Shown here in pieces: positions 56,206-64,000 of a stretch of 64,000 nt of DNA; the first letter of the stretch is position 1; each line of letters starts with the position of its first letter. The stretch spans positions 55,028-119,027 of IMG/VR virus record IMGVR_UViG_3300027801_001493, one strand, 5' to 3'. The translations under genes were made by a program, and so were the position numbers. The DNA comes from a virus. Below the pieces are notes generated by a model that was given only the letters and a program-made list of their open reading frames with translations, did no database searches and was not told where the DNA came from.

Positions 56206-56679
56206 TTATTCGTTTATAATGCCAGCTTCTGTAGGTGTCATGTCAACTATTCCTTCACGGATTAATTTAGCTCTGTTCACCATATGCTTTGCTTGAACCT
56301 CTTCCTTACTACCGCCGAAGTATGCTACAGCATGACCTTCTTCGATTAGAATGGATGTTGCAGGTCTCCACGAATCTGTCTTAACATCATATACATCAAA
56401 GTCGCCAAGTATTCTACCAAACTTACCTTTCATGTCTTCGCCGTCTTTGTTTATTTGTGTTTTTAGAACACATGTCTCGCCCATCAACGATTGTAGTCTT
56501 GCCTTTGCGGCTTTACCGAATACTTTTTCAACTTCATCTGATGTTCTTGACTCTGGGGTGTCGATGCCCATAATTCTTACTCTTTCATCAGTTAACTGAA
56601 CACCAAAACCTAAATCTATATCTACGTCTACTGTGTCTCCGTCAACAATTTTTACGACCGTGCAATTATACTCGTACAT
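56206..56679 (-). CDS. Thermonuclease (SNase)-like nuclease
   Basis: VVKIVDGDTVDVDIDLGF, RIMGIDTPE, KFGRILG. Confidence 0.85.
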   Translation of the reverse strand: MYEYNCTVVKIVDGDTVDVDIDLGFGVQLTDERVRIMGIDTPESRTSDEVEKVFGKAAKARLQSLMGETCVLKTQINKDGEDMKGKFGRILGDFDVYDVKTDSWRPATSILIEEGHAVAYFGGSKEEVQAKHMVNRAKLIREGIVDMTPTEAGIINE

Positions 56680-56752
56680 TGTTACTCCTTGTGATTTCAA
56701 CCTCCATCCTACTGGAAATTGTATAAGAAGTATTTATCGTTTAACTATAGTT

Positions 56753-57289
56753 TTAATCGTTCCTAACAAGGAATGTATGGTTGTCTATAATAGTTGTTGT
56801 AGGATAGACCGTGCTCCAACTTGGTGTTGAAATATGATGATTATAATAATGTGTTGCTCCACCAGAAACATCTCTACTCCAGCCGGCTTGTACTTGAAGA
56901 GCAGTTTCAACTGAACGTCTCCAATCACGCATGTTGGCTTCGATAACTTTGCCTTGTCTCGGCTTCTGTCTGTAACGTAATTGCACAATGTCTGTTCTAC
57001 CGTCGCAGTACCAACTAAACTGGCACATGTCTCTTATTACACGGTCATTCCATGTTTTTGCCTGTAACACAACACCACAAACGGTGTTAGGATATTTTTC
57101 GTGTGCTACTCTATTTTGTACTACATGGGCTACCGCTGTTTTGCCTTTCCAGCCTTCGCCTCTTGCTTCATAGTAAATGTTAAGCGACATGCAATATGTT
57201 TCTTCTACATTCTTTACGTCCATGGGAGCATTACCTACCATCATAGACAGCATTAGTGTTTTAGCTGTTAATATTGTCGTTTCAAACAT
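56753..57289 (-). CDS. Cell wall hydrolase (SleB family)
   Basis: C...NIYYEARGE, VAHVVQNRV, CQFSW, GATHY, HTF. Confidence 0.9.
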   Translation of the reverse strand: MFETTILTAKTLMLSMMVGNAPMDVKNVEETYCMSLNIYYEARGEGWKGKTAVAHVVQNRVAHEKYPNTVCGVVLQAKTWNDRVIRDMCQFSWYCDGRTDIVQLRYRQKPRQGKVIEANMRDWRRSVETALQVQAGWSRDVSGGATHYYNHHISTPSWSTVYPTTTIIDNHTFLVRND

Positions 57290-57315
57290 AATTGTACCTA
57301 CCTTATTATATGCAT

Positions 57316-57344
57316 ATTATACGTTATTATGTGGTGTATGTCAA
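57316..57344 (-). promoter_or_regulatory. sigma70-type promoter
   Basis: TTGACA-N17-TATAAT. Confidence 0.8.
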
Positions 57345-57377
57345 GAACTTAAACTGATTAGTTTAAGTAATTACTTA

Positions 57378-57728
57378 TCAAGAAATATCAACAAATGGTA
57401 TCCTAGATGCTTTTGCAAATGCTTCATCTCCGGTCATTTTTACATCTTCATACCCGGGCATTGGAGGTTTCACCTTTACTATTACAGGAGCACCAACTCG
57501 GCTCATATCTTCATTAAATTGTAGCCATTGGCTATCTTCAGGTTTTAACTTTCTGTCACTTACTATTGCATCGACCGGGCATTCTGGTTCACAAATAGCA
57601 CAATCAATACAAATATCGGGGTCTATTACCAGAGTGTTCTCTAATTCAAAAAAACAATCTACTGGACAAACAGCGACACAGGCGGTATGCTTACAATCTA
57701 CGCACTCACCTTTTACAACGTATGTCAA
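57378..57728 (-). CDS. FdxA-type ferredoxin
   Basis: CVDCKHTACVAVCPVDCF and CIDCAICEPECP; TTG start. Confidence 0.92.
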   Translation of the reverse strand: MTYVVKGECVDCKHTACVAVCPVDCFFELENTLVIDPDICIDCAICEPECPVDAIVSDRKLKPEDSQWLQFNEDMSRVGAPVIVKVKPPMPGYEDVKMTGDEAFAKASRIPFVDIS

Positions 57729-57938
57729 TTCATTACTCCTATGGTTTAACTACCATTATTTAACCAAATTACACCATAACTCGTCTATTCATTGGTAATA
57801 ATGTAAATATTATTAACTGTTTGTATGAACCAGTTGACAAGTACAATATTGCACCCCTCATTAAGATGTGCTAGATAGATAAGGAACTAGTTGTTCCAAC
57901 AAGCAGTCAACAACAACAGAGTCCGGACTCGATGTTTG

Positions 57939-58991
57939 TTATACATTTATACTTTGCAAGTATAGTTGCTCAGATGCTAGATTCTTAGCCTTAGCTTCGC
58001 ATTGTATATCGAAGTTGTCCCAAAAGGATAACGCCCATGCATTAGCCTCTTCGTTAGGGTAATAGTCACTGTGTGCTCGAAGTTTTTGTTTCTTAGCACC
58101 AGCTTCTAATAGTGCGGGTAAGTTTTGTAACTCACTGTGATTAATTTCTTCACCTTCTTCCAACGCCATTGCTAGTCCATGATCCCTACTATAACTATAA
58201 TGCATAGCAGGACGTACACCACGCCAACTGTCAATAACTCGCTTAACTCTGTCATCGTCAGGCTGTATGTATTCTTCATCTCTAATCCAATGATGGTGTA
58301 TATCTAACACAAGGGCAACATGGTCGGCTAACTTTAACGAAGCATCTAAGCCATGACACATTTCGTCATTCTCTATAGTGATTGTGTTTCTAGCAACTTG
58401 TGATAACTTAGGCAATATGTCTATAATACCTTTGTAGCCTTTCCTACCTGATATATGTACATTAATTTTAAAGTCTTGGAACTCTTTGCCGTAGCCCATC
58501 CAACGTGCCATGTTTGCATGATACTCGAACTCTTCTACAGAACGTTCAACAACTTCCGGGCGATCACTAGCAAGAACACAAAACTGCCCGGGATGAAAAG
58601 AAAGCCTAACATCGCGATCTTTAGCCAACTGTCCAACTTTAGCAAATCCTGTTTCCAACATTTTAACGTTAGTAGGATCTTTCCACATATATTTCCAATC
58701 ATCTTGTGTTGCTCCGGGTAGTTGGTTACTACCTAAACGCACCATCCTACGCTCTGCAGGAAGTGTGCTGACATAGTCTACTAAGTTATATGCACTTTGC
58801 ATATTATGTTCAACTATGTCTAGCATACGCTCTTCAGCAACAGCTTTAGTCTGTCTGTTAAGCCATGTTATAGTAGTCTGGCGCTCTGTGAAGTTAGATT
58901 GTATTTCTTTAAGTACTTTAGGCTTTTGGTCCTGATCTGGATCCATGTACTTACAGCAAAATCCAATACGCTTCTGAGATGTGTCAAACAT
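57939..58991 (-). CDS. uvsE: UV-damage endonuclease
   Basis: RIGFCCK, RLSFHPGQF, ENDE, DIHHHW, HYS, HSD. Confidence 0.9.
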   Translation of the reverse strand: MFDTSQKRIGFCCKYMDPDQDQKPKVLKEIQSNFTERQTTITWLNRQTKAVAEERMLDIVEHNMQSAYNLVDYVSTLPAERRMVRLGSNQLPGATQDDWKYMWKDPTNVKMLETGFAKVGQLAKDRDVRLSFHPGQFCVLASDRPEVVERSVEEFEYHANMARWMGYGKEFQDFKINVHISGRKGYKGIIDILPKLSQVARNTITIENDEMCHGLDASLKLADHVALVLDIHHHWIRDEEYIQPDDDRVKRVIDSWRGVRPAMHYSYSRDHGLAMALEEGEEINHSELQNLPALLEAGAKKQKLRAHSDYYPNEEANAWALSFWDNFDIQCEAKAKNLASEQLYLQSINV

Positions 58992-59023
58992 ATAGTAATA
59001 CCATATCAATTAATTAAGTCCTT

Positions 59024-59052
59024 ATTATACACTACTATGGGATGGTTGTCAA
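59024..59052 (-). promoter_or_regulatory. sigma70-type promoter for uvsE
   Basis: TTGACA-N17-TATAAT. Confidence 0.8.
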
Positions 59053-59064
59053 CTAAATAGTGCT

Positions 59065-59838
59065 ATGGAATATGATTATTTACTAGCATGTGGAGACAGT
59101 TTTACCGAAGGGTGCCAAGAGATTATAGGCAAAGGCCCACAAGGTACATGGCCCGGTATTGTTGCCGAGCATTTCAACATACCATTTTCTAATATAGCTA
59201 GAGGCGGTGCAAGTAATACAGAAATAGCATGGCAACCGTTACAATCTAACATACCGGAGTTTGCTAAAGCAAAACGCCCGTTAATAATATTTGGATTAAC
59301 AGTATCGTATAGGTTGCCTTATATTAACCCATCCACTGGAGTAATTGATACTCAGTACAGTATATTGCCAGAACACATGAAAGATGGTTGGCCCAGGCAT
59401 TTAAGAGCATTTGCGACAGAAATGCTCTATACCTATTATCCCAACCAGAGACGTCCAATTTTTTTAAAGCACCAACTTGGAGTTAGTATCAGCAATTCAG
59501 ATCACATAGATCATGATGTCATAGACAGCTTTTTGTTTGCTACTCAGCAATCTATAAAAATTATGATGCAATATAAAATTATTAATCCTAATGCAGAAGT
59601 TATGTGGGGATGGATACATAATACTGCGAATAACAGTAGAATTGATGAAAAAATATTATTACCTTACAGAGACAATTGCTTTAATAAACACTTAGATTGG
59701 TTACCACTACAACACTTTACCGATGCCGACTCTGAGAAATACTGGCTTGATGAGGATGATTGCCATCCTAACGAAAAAGGCATACAACTATATGCAGACT
59801 TTTTTATAAATTTATTAGAGAACAATAATGGACTTTGA
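59065..59838 (+). CDS. SGNH/GDSL-like protein (paralog 1)
   Basis: GDSFTEG, N.ARGGASN, DCHPNEKG. Confidence 0.7.
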   Translation: MEYDYLLACGDSFTEGCQEIIGKGPQGTWPGIVAEHFNIPFSNIARGGASNTEIAWQPLQSNIPEFAKAKRPLIIFGLTVSYRLPYINPSTGVIDTQYSILPEHMKDGWPRHLRAFATEMLYTYYPNQRRPIFLKHQLGVSISNSDHIDHDVIDSFLFATQQSIKIMMQYKIINPNAEVMWGWIHNTANNSRIDEKILLPYRDNCFNKHLDWLPLQHFTDADSEKYWLDEDDCHPNEKGIQLYADFFINLLENNNGL

Positions 59839-60589
59839 CGGCATAATTACATGTGGCGATAGTTACACACTCGGGCCTGTATATAGAGGTGAATTATATA
59901 CAGATTTTGACGTGGACTTTGCTGGAGATGGCTCTACACTTATACGTGAACCTGATAATGCATGGCCCGTCTTTTTAGCAAAAGAACTAAATGTGCCATA
60001 TATTAATTTGTCTAGGGGCGGTGCAAGTAATACAGAAATATCGTTGCAACCGTTACAAACTACAAGTAAATTTAAAAAGCCTTTAATGATATTTGGATTC
60101 ACTATAGATATTCGCTATCCATTTTTTGGTAAAGACGGAAGAATTACCAGTCAATCAATCGAAGATAACGACTTTAATCTAGCAGACTCTCTAAAAGAAA
60201 ATCAAGTAACACTTGCTAAGGATTTTATGCAACGATTTTTATTACCTACTAAAATGAATGGTTACACTGGTATGGATAACTTATTTGTTGAATCTGTAAA
60301 GAGAGCAATGAACTACGAAAAACTCAATACTAATGCTACTGTGATATGGGGCGACATACATTCTCATGATGTATGGATTGAGCATAGAAGTCCTGGCATA
60401 AAAAAGCATTTTAGCAATAAAACTAAGTCACGTTGTTTTAATAATATCAATAATGGATTTCCATTACAACAATTAACTACAACACCAGACCACAGCTTAC
60501 AGATAAACTATCATGACAGCCATCCTAACAAAGATGGATGTAAACTGTATGCTGAAACAATACAAAAATTTATTGCTAGTATCTCTTGA
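59828..60589 (+). CDS. SGNH/GDSL-like protein (paralog 2)
   Basis: GDSYTLG, N.SRGGASN, DSHPNKDG. Confidence 0.7.
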   Translation: MDFDGIITCGDSYTLGPVYRGELYTDFDVDFAGDGSTLIREPDNAWPVFLAKELNVPYINLSRGGASNTEISLQPLQTTSKFKKPLMIFGFTIDIRYPFFGKDGRITSQSIEDNDFNLADSLKENQVTLAKDFMQRFLLPTKMNGYTGMDNLFVESVKRAMNYEKLNTNATVIWGDIHSHDVWIEHRSPGIKKHFSNKTKSRCFNNINNGFPLQQLTTTPDHSLQINYHDSHPNKDGCKLYAETIQKFIASIS

Positions 60590-60673
60590 AAAGCTGACAT
60601 CTAGCATAAATACAATTATAGAAAGTTTACAGACTTCTATATAATCGATTATGTAAAACGTTGGAGTAACGAA

Positions 60674-61261
60674 ATGGCAGATACAAATAATTTCTCGTTA
60701 AAAGGACTAGGCAATCTTGTCCAGTTTGGAAAACGCGGATTAAAAATTCTAACAGACACAACAAGTGACTATTTCTCTTTCACAGACAATGATGGATCAA
60801 CTTTAGTAGAAGTACGTGGCGCCAACGCTACAGTGGCCTCTGCATTCCTTACCAAAGGACAATTTGATTCGTCGACCCAAGCTGTTGCTCAGTATGTAAG
60901 TACTGAAGTAGCATACAACAGTGGTTCAACAACTTTATTCGAAATACCTGCAGGAGCGATGGTATATGGAGTAACAGTTGATGTAGGTAGCCCGTGGGTA
61001 AGTGCAACAGATTCTACTGCAATTATTGTAGGTGATTCTGGAGACACTGATAGAGTATTTACAACAGAAGATGCAGACATGACTGAGACTTATCAGTTCC
61101 AAAGCAACTACATGGCTAGATATAGTTCAACAACAGATATTGTTGCTACAGTAACGGCTGGTTCAGCTTCTAGTGGCGTTGCTACTATTACAGTACTAGT
61201 TGTAACAGACAGCCTGACTATTAAGGACTTCGGTTCAGTAGCAGATAATGGTAGTGTATAA
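60674..61261 (+). CDS. Virion structural protein sharing modules with 8250 and 10877 proteins
   Basis: QFGKRG N-terminal motif; C-terminal beta-sandwich-like segment. Confidence 0.7.
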   Translation: MADTNNFSLKGLGNLVQFGKRGLKILTDTTSDYFSFTDNDGSTLVEVRGANATVASAFLTKGQFDSSTQAVAQYVSTEVAYNSGSTTLFEIPAGAMVYGVTVDVGSPWVSATDSTAIIVGDSGDTDRVFTTEDADMTETYQFQSNYMARYSSTTDIVATVTAGSASSGVATITVLVVTDSLTIKDFGSVADNGSV

Positions 61262-61296
61262 TATATAGATTTTTAATCAAATTAAAAAGATAAATC

Positions 61297-61325
61297 AAAA
61301 GCAATCCTAAGGGTTGCTTTTTTTT
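61297..61325 (+). terminator. Intrinsic terminator
   Basis: AAAGCAATCC-TAA-GGGTTGCTTT plus T5. Confidence 0.8.
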
Positions 61326-61381
61326 GGTTGAAATTTCTATAATCAGATAAATACAAATAATAAACACACATAGGAGCAATT

Positions 61382-61852
61382 ATGTTTGGTATAGGAAAAG
61401 ATACTGAGTTAGACAGAGAATCAGTATTCGAACAGTTAAAAATCGACGAAGGAGTCGTAAATGAGATTTATAAAGACCATTTGGGCTACCCAACTTTCGG
61501 AGTTGGACACTTGGTCCTTGAATCAGATCCAGAGTTTGGGCAAGACGTTGGAACCCCAGTCTCAGAAGAACGAACAAAAGAATGTTTCGAAAAAGACCTC
61601 GACACAGCAATATCAGAGTGCGTTGCACTATATGGAGACGGTTTCACAGATTGGCCCGGAGTAGTACAAGAAGTCATAGTGAACATGATGTTCAATATGG
61701 GTAGAACAAGATTAGGAAAGTTTAATAACTTTCGCAAAGCCTTAGAAGCACAGGATTGGGAACAAGCTGGCATCGAAGGTAGAGATAGCAGATGGCACAA
61801 ACAAGTAACTAACCGTGCTGAACGACTAATGGTTAGATTAGAGAGCGTATAA
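61382..61852 (+). CDS. T4-like lysozyme (GH24)
   Basis: DEG...YKDHLGYPTFGVGHL (E-D-T triad), NMMFNMG, SRWHKQV..RA.R. Confidence 0.92.
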   Translation: MFGIGKDTELDRESVFEQLKIDEGVVNEIYKDHLGYPTFGVGHLVLESDPEFGQDVGTPVSEERTKECFEKDLDTAISECVALYGDGFTDWPGVVQEVIVNMMFNMGRTRLGKFNNFRKALEAQDWEQAGIEGRDSRWHKQVTNRAERLMVRLESV

Positions 61853-61853
61853 A

Positions 61854-62612
61854 ATGAAACTAAATGATATCATAACTGAAGGAAGAGGCGTTCCACAGAA
61901 GCCAAAGCCTTACGGTGGCAGTAATCCTGTTGCAAAGAATATTGAAAAGTTCAATAGACCAGTAACACATAGGGATAAGAAGAAAGAACTTAAAAAGAAA
62001 GGACCCGAGTTTAATAAGCATGATTATAATAGTCGTGATATGGATGAGGGTACTTACGTTGCCGCTAGAACAGATATTATATCAAACATTGTAGATAAAA
62101 TACGTGATAAAGCGTTAGATGATGACGATTTAGTTAGACAGTTAGCTTCTTTAATTAATATGAAAGCTCAACCTCGAGGCAATGCTTTTAGAGCCCAATG
62201 GCAACTAGATCCTATAGAAGAATCAGACTTAGAAGAAGGCGAAGAAAGATCCGATATTAGAGACTTAATGATTCCTAAAATAAAAGAATATTTAGAAACA
62301 AAAGGTCCGGGATCGTTTATTAGTCTAGAAGATTTAGAAAGCGATTTATACGACTATGCTAGGCAATTAACACATGATGATTTAAATAGTTCAAGAGAAC
62401 TAAGAAACTTTATGAGTAATCCAGGTGACGAAGCAAGTTCGGCTGTTAGTGAACTACTATCAGGAATGTATCAAGCAGAGTTTGAAGACTATATTACTAC
62501 AGAAGGATTAGAAGAACAAGATTGCTGGGACGGTTATAAAAAAGATGGTACTCAAAAAGGTACTGGTAAGAACAAAGGCAAACGTGTTAATAAATGCGTA
62601 CCTAAGGCGTAA
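61854..62612 (+). CDS. Charged protein, putative internal head protein
   Basis: MKLNDIITE N-terminus; C-terminal CWDGYKK...NKCVP motif. Confidence 0.65.
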   Translation: MKLNDIITEGRGVPQKPKPYGGSNPVAKNIEKFNRPVTHRDKKKELKKKGPEFNKHDYNSRDMDEGTYVAARTDIISNIVDKIRDKALDDDDLVRQLASLINMKAQPRGNAFRAQWQLDPIEESDLEEGEERSDIRDLMIPKIKEYLETKGPGSFISLEDLESDLYDYARQLTHDDLNSSRELRNFMSNPGDEASSAVSELLSGMYQAEFEDYITTEGLEEQDCWDGYKKDGTQKGTGKNKGKRVNKCVPKA

Positions 62613-62614
62613 TT

Positions 62615-62872
62615 ATGCATTGGTTATTCATACTATCATTAAAAGCAATATTATCAAGTATTATAGGCAGTAGCTTTTATGCTTGGTTTAAAAACACTAA
62701 AGTAGGTGTATGGTTTCAAGTTAAAATGGACAACACAATGGAATGGGTAGCAAAGAGATACGATATCGAAATCGCTAGTCGAGAAGAGAAATGGTTAGCA
62801 CAATATCCCCTATTAGGCAACCGCATTGTGCAACTTGAAAAAGAAGTTGCAAAACTTAAAAAGAAAAAATAA
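62615..62872 (+). CDS. Small membrane-associated protein
   Basis: Hydrophobic N-terminus, basic C-terminus. Confidence 0.65.
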   Translation: MHWLFILSLKAILSSIIGSSFYAWFKNTKVGVWFQVKMDNTMEWVAKRYDIEIASREEKWLAQYPLLGNRIVQLEKEVAKLKKKK

Positions 62873-62874
62873 AT

Positions 62875-63456
62875 ATGAAAATGACACACATAAACCCTGA
62901 CGTGCCCGTTTGGGAAATTACAGATTTCGATTTGCCTGTAGTAGAGTGGCAACATGACGGTATATTGGATCAAGGTAATAACAATCCTGTTAAAAACCTT
63001 AGACGCTTATGTAAAATAGACGATAACAATTTTATAGAAGCATGGAAAAGTCATACCCGACAATTAGAAACATTTTTAAGTGAAGAGGCTGAAGAAATTG
63101 AAACAGTTAAACCTCTATGGATGGGAAAGATGAAAGGTATACAAGTTGGAGTTAACGACTTAACTATAATAAATGATTTTCCAGGTTTTAAAATGTCTCG
63201 GCATTTAGATAACCGAGGAGTTGTTGGAGTATTAATTATAAATTTACAAGACAACCCCGAAAACAGTAGTACAAATTTTTGGTCACATAATTGGGAAGAT
63301 AAAGATCCATGGTACTCTAGTCCTACCAAAGCAGGCACAGGTGTGTTTATGTTAAACAGTTGGAATACTAGACACGACATAGACTTCAGTGTAGACCAAG
63401 CTGACTCTAGATTAATAGGTTATCAAACGATTGGAATTAATGCACTCATTAAATAG
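62875..63456 (+). CDS. 2OG-Fe(II) oxygenase-like protein
   Basis: HLD...H...R (RHLDN, TRHD, RLIG). Confidence 0.65.
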   Translation: MKMTHINPDVPVWEITDFDLPVVEWQHDGILDQGNNNPVKNLRRLCKIDDNNFIEAWKSHTRQLETFLSEEAEEIETVKPLWMGKMKGIQVGVNDLTIINDFPGFKMSRHLDNRGVVGVLIINLQDNPENSSTNFWSHNWEDKDPWYSSPTKAGTGVFMLNSWNTRHDIDFSVDQADSRLIGYQTIGINALIK

Positions 63457-63510
63457 TATCCGGAACTTTATTCAGGCATAAATATTCCTTGTAACATAAC
63501 ACGGAGCAAC

Positions 63511-63717
63511 ATGCCAGTAAAATTTTCACCATCACAAACTACTTTTGTAAAAGGCAAAGGCAGGGTAACAACCCATTCATATATCAAACAACAGTCTAAA
63601 GAAGACTTAATCAAATACATAAACGACGGACAAAAGAACAAAGTTAAGCAGAAATGCCGCAACGAACTTGTCAGACGTGGTGTAGACTTAGTTTGGACTA
63701 CAAAAGAATCCCAATAA
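63511..63717 (+). CDS. Small basic protein
   Basis: TAAATA and GGAG SD upstream. Confidence 0.65.
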   Translation: MPVKFSPSQTTFVKGKGRVTTHSYIKQQSKEDLIKYINDGQKNKVKQKCRNELVRRGVDLVWTTKESQ

Positions 63718-63763
63718 TTTCATAAAAGTGATAAATACTTGTTAAACGAAACCAGGTATTACT

Positions 63764-64000
63764 ATGAAATTACATGATTTATTTGAAATTAGTGACTTTA
63801 AAAGGCGTGAACTAGAATACGAACTTAGGCACGAAGAACCTAATAGACATCCTAAAAAAGCAACTGACCAAGCAAAAATAAGAGACGCTAAAAAAAGATA
63901 TAGTAAAGCAGTTGGCGTAATGAAAGGTAACACCGACGAAGGCATCGAAGAAGCAGAAGGCGATAAGTGTGAAATATGCAACGGTAGAGGAAAGATAGAT
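63764..64000 (+). CDS. Partial charged protein, putative internal head protein
   Basis: Manual translation MKLHDLFEISDFKRRELEYELRHEE...CEICNGRG; open to window end. Confidence 0.65.
   Translation, partial: MKLHDLFEISDFKRRELEYELRHEEPNRHPKKATDQAKIRDAKKRYSKAVGVMKGNTDEGIEEAEGDKCEICNGRGKID

Noticed and set aside
1-64000. CRISPR array or stop-codon reassignment
   Set aside because: No regularly spaced 25-45 nt direct repeats were seen. Long ORFs translate cleanly in the standard code, and TAA, TAG and TGA all act as stops.
1-64000. Host (bacterial) chromosome fragment, given suf, clp, rpsU and rpmG
   Set aside because: Host-type genes are interleaved with phage hallmark and small hypothetical genes, share phage-style promoters and overlaps, and lack normal bacterial synteny.

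Overview
AT-rich, densely coding segment of a large (jumbo-type) dsDNA tailed phage genome, standard genetic code, mostly minus-strand. Phage evidence: clamp-loader subunit, PhoH, T4-like lysozyme, spanin-like pair, PKD-domain virion proteins, Hsp20, GroES-like protein, recurring TAAATA late-promoter-like motifs and at least 11 near-consensus sigma70 promoters. The window carries many host-type genes: a SUF Fe-S system (sufB, C, D, S, T plus a distant sufE), ClpP, ClpX and ClpS, ribosomal proteins bL33 and an extended bS21, ferritin-like protein, ferredoxin, peroxiredoxin, FabF, NadE, GuaC, QueD, UvsE, a TorF-family porin and a secreted cytochrome c/copper monooxygenase. These suggest a sunlit-water proteobacterial host (inference). 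Most novel-looking items seen directly in the sequence: a probable -1 frameshift at an A9 run just upstream of clpX, two gene-free regions with many stems (candidate ncRNAs), a ROSE-like hairpin on hsp20, a tRNA-like element with a shortened anticodon arm, and an HPPD-like protein lacking its metal ligands. All family assignments are by motif recognition; no database search was run.
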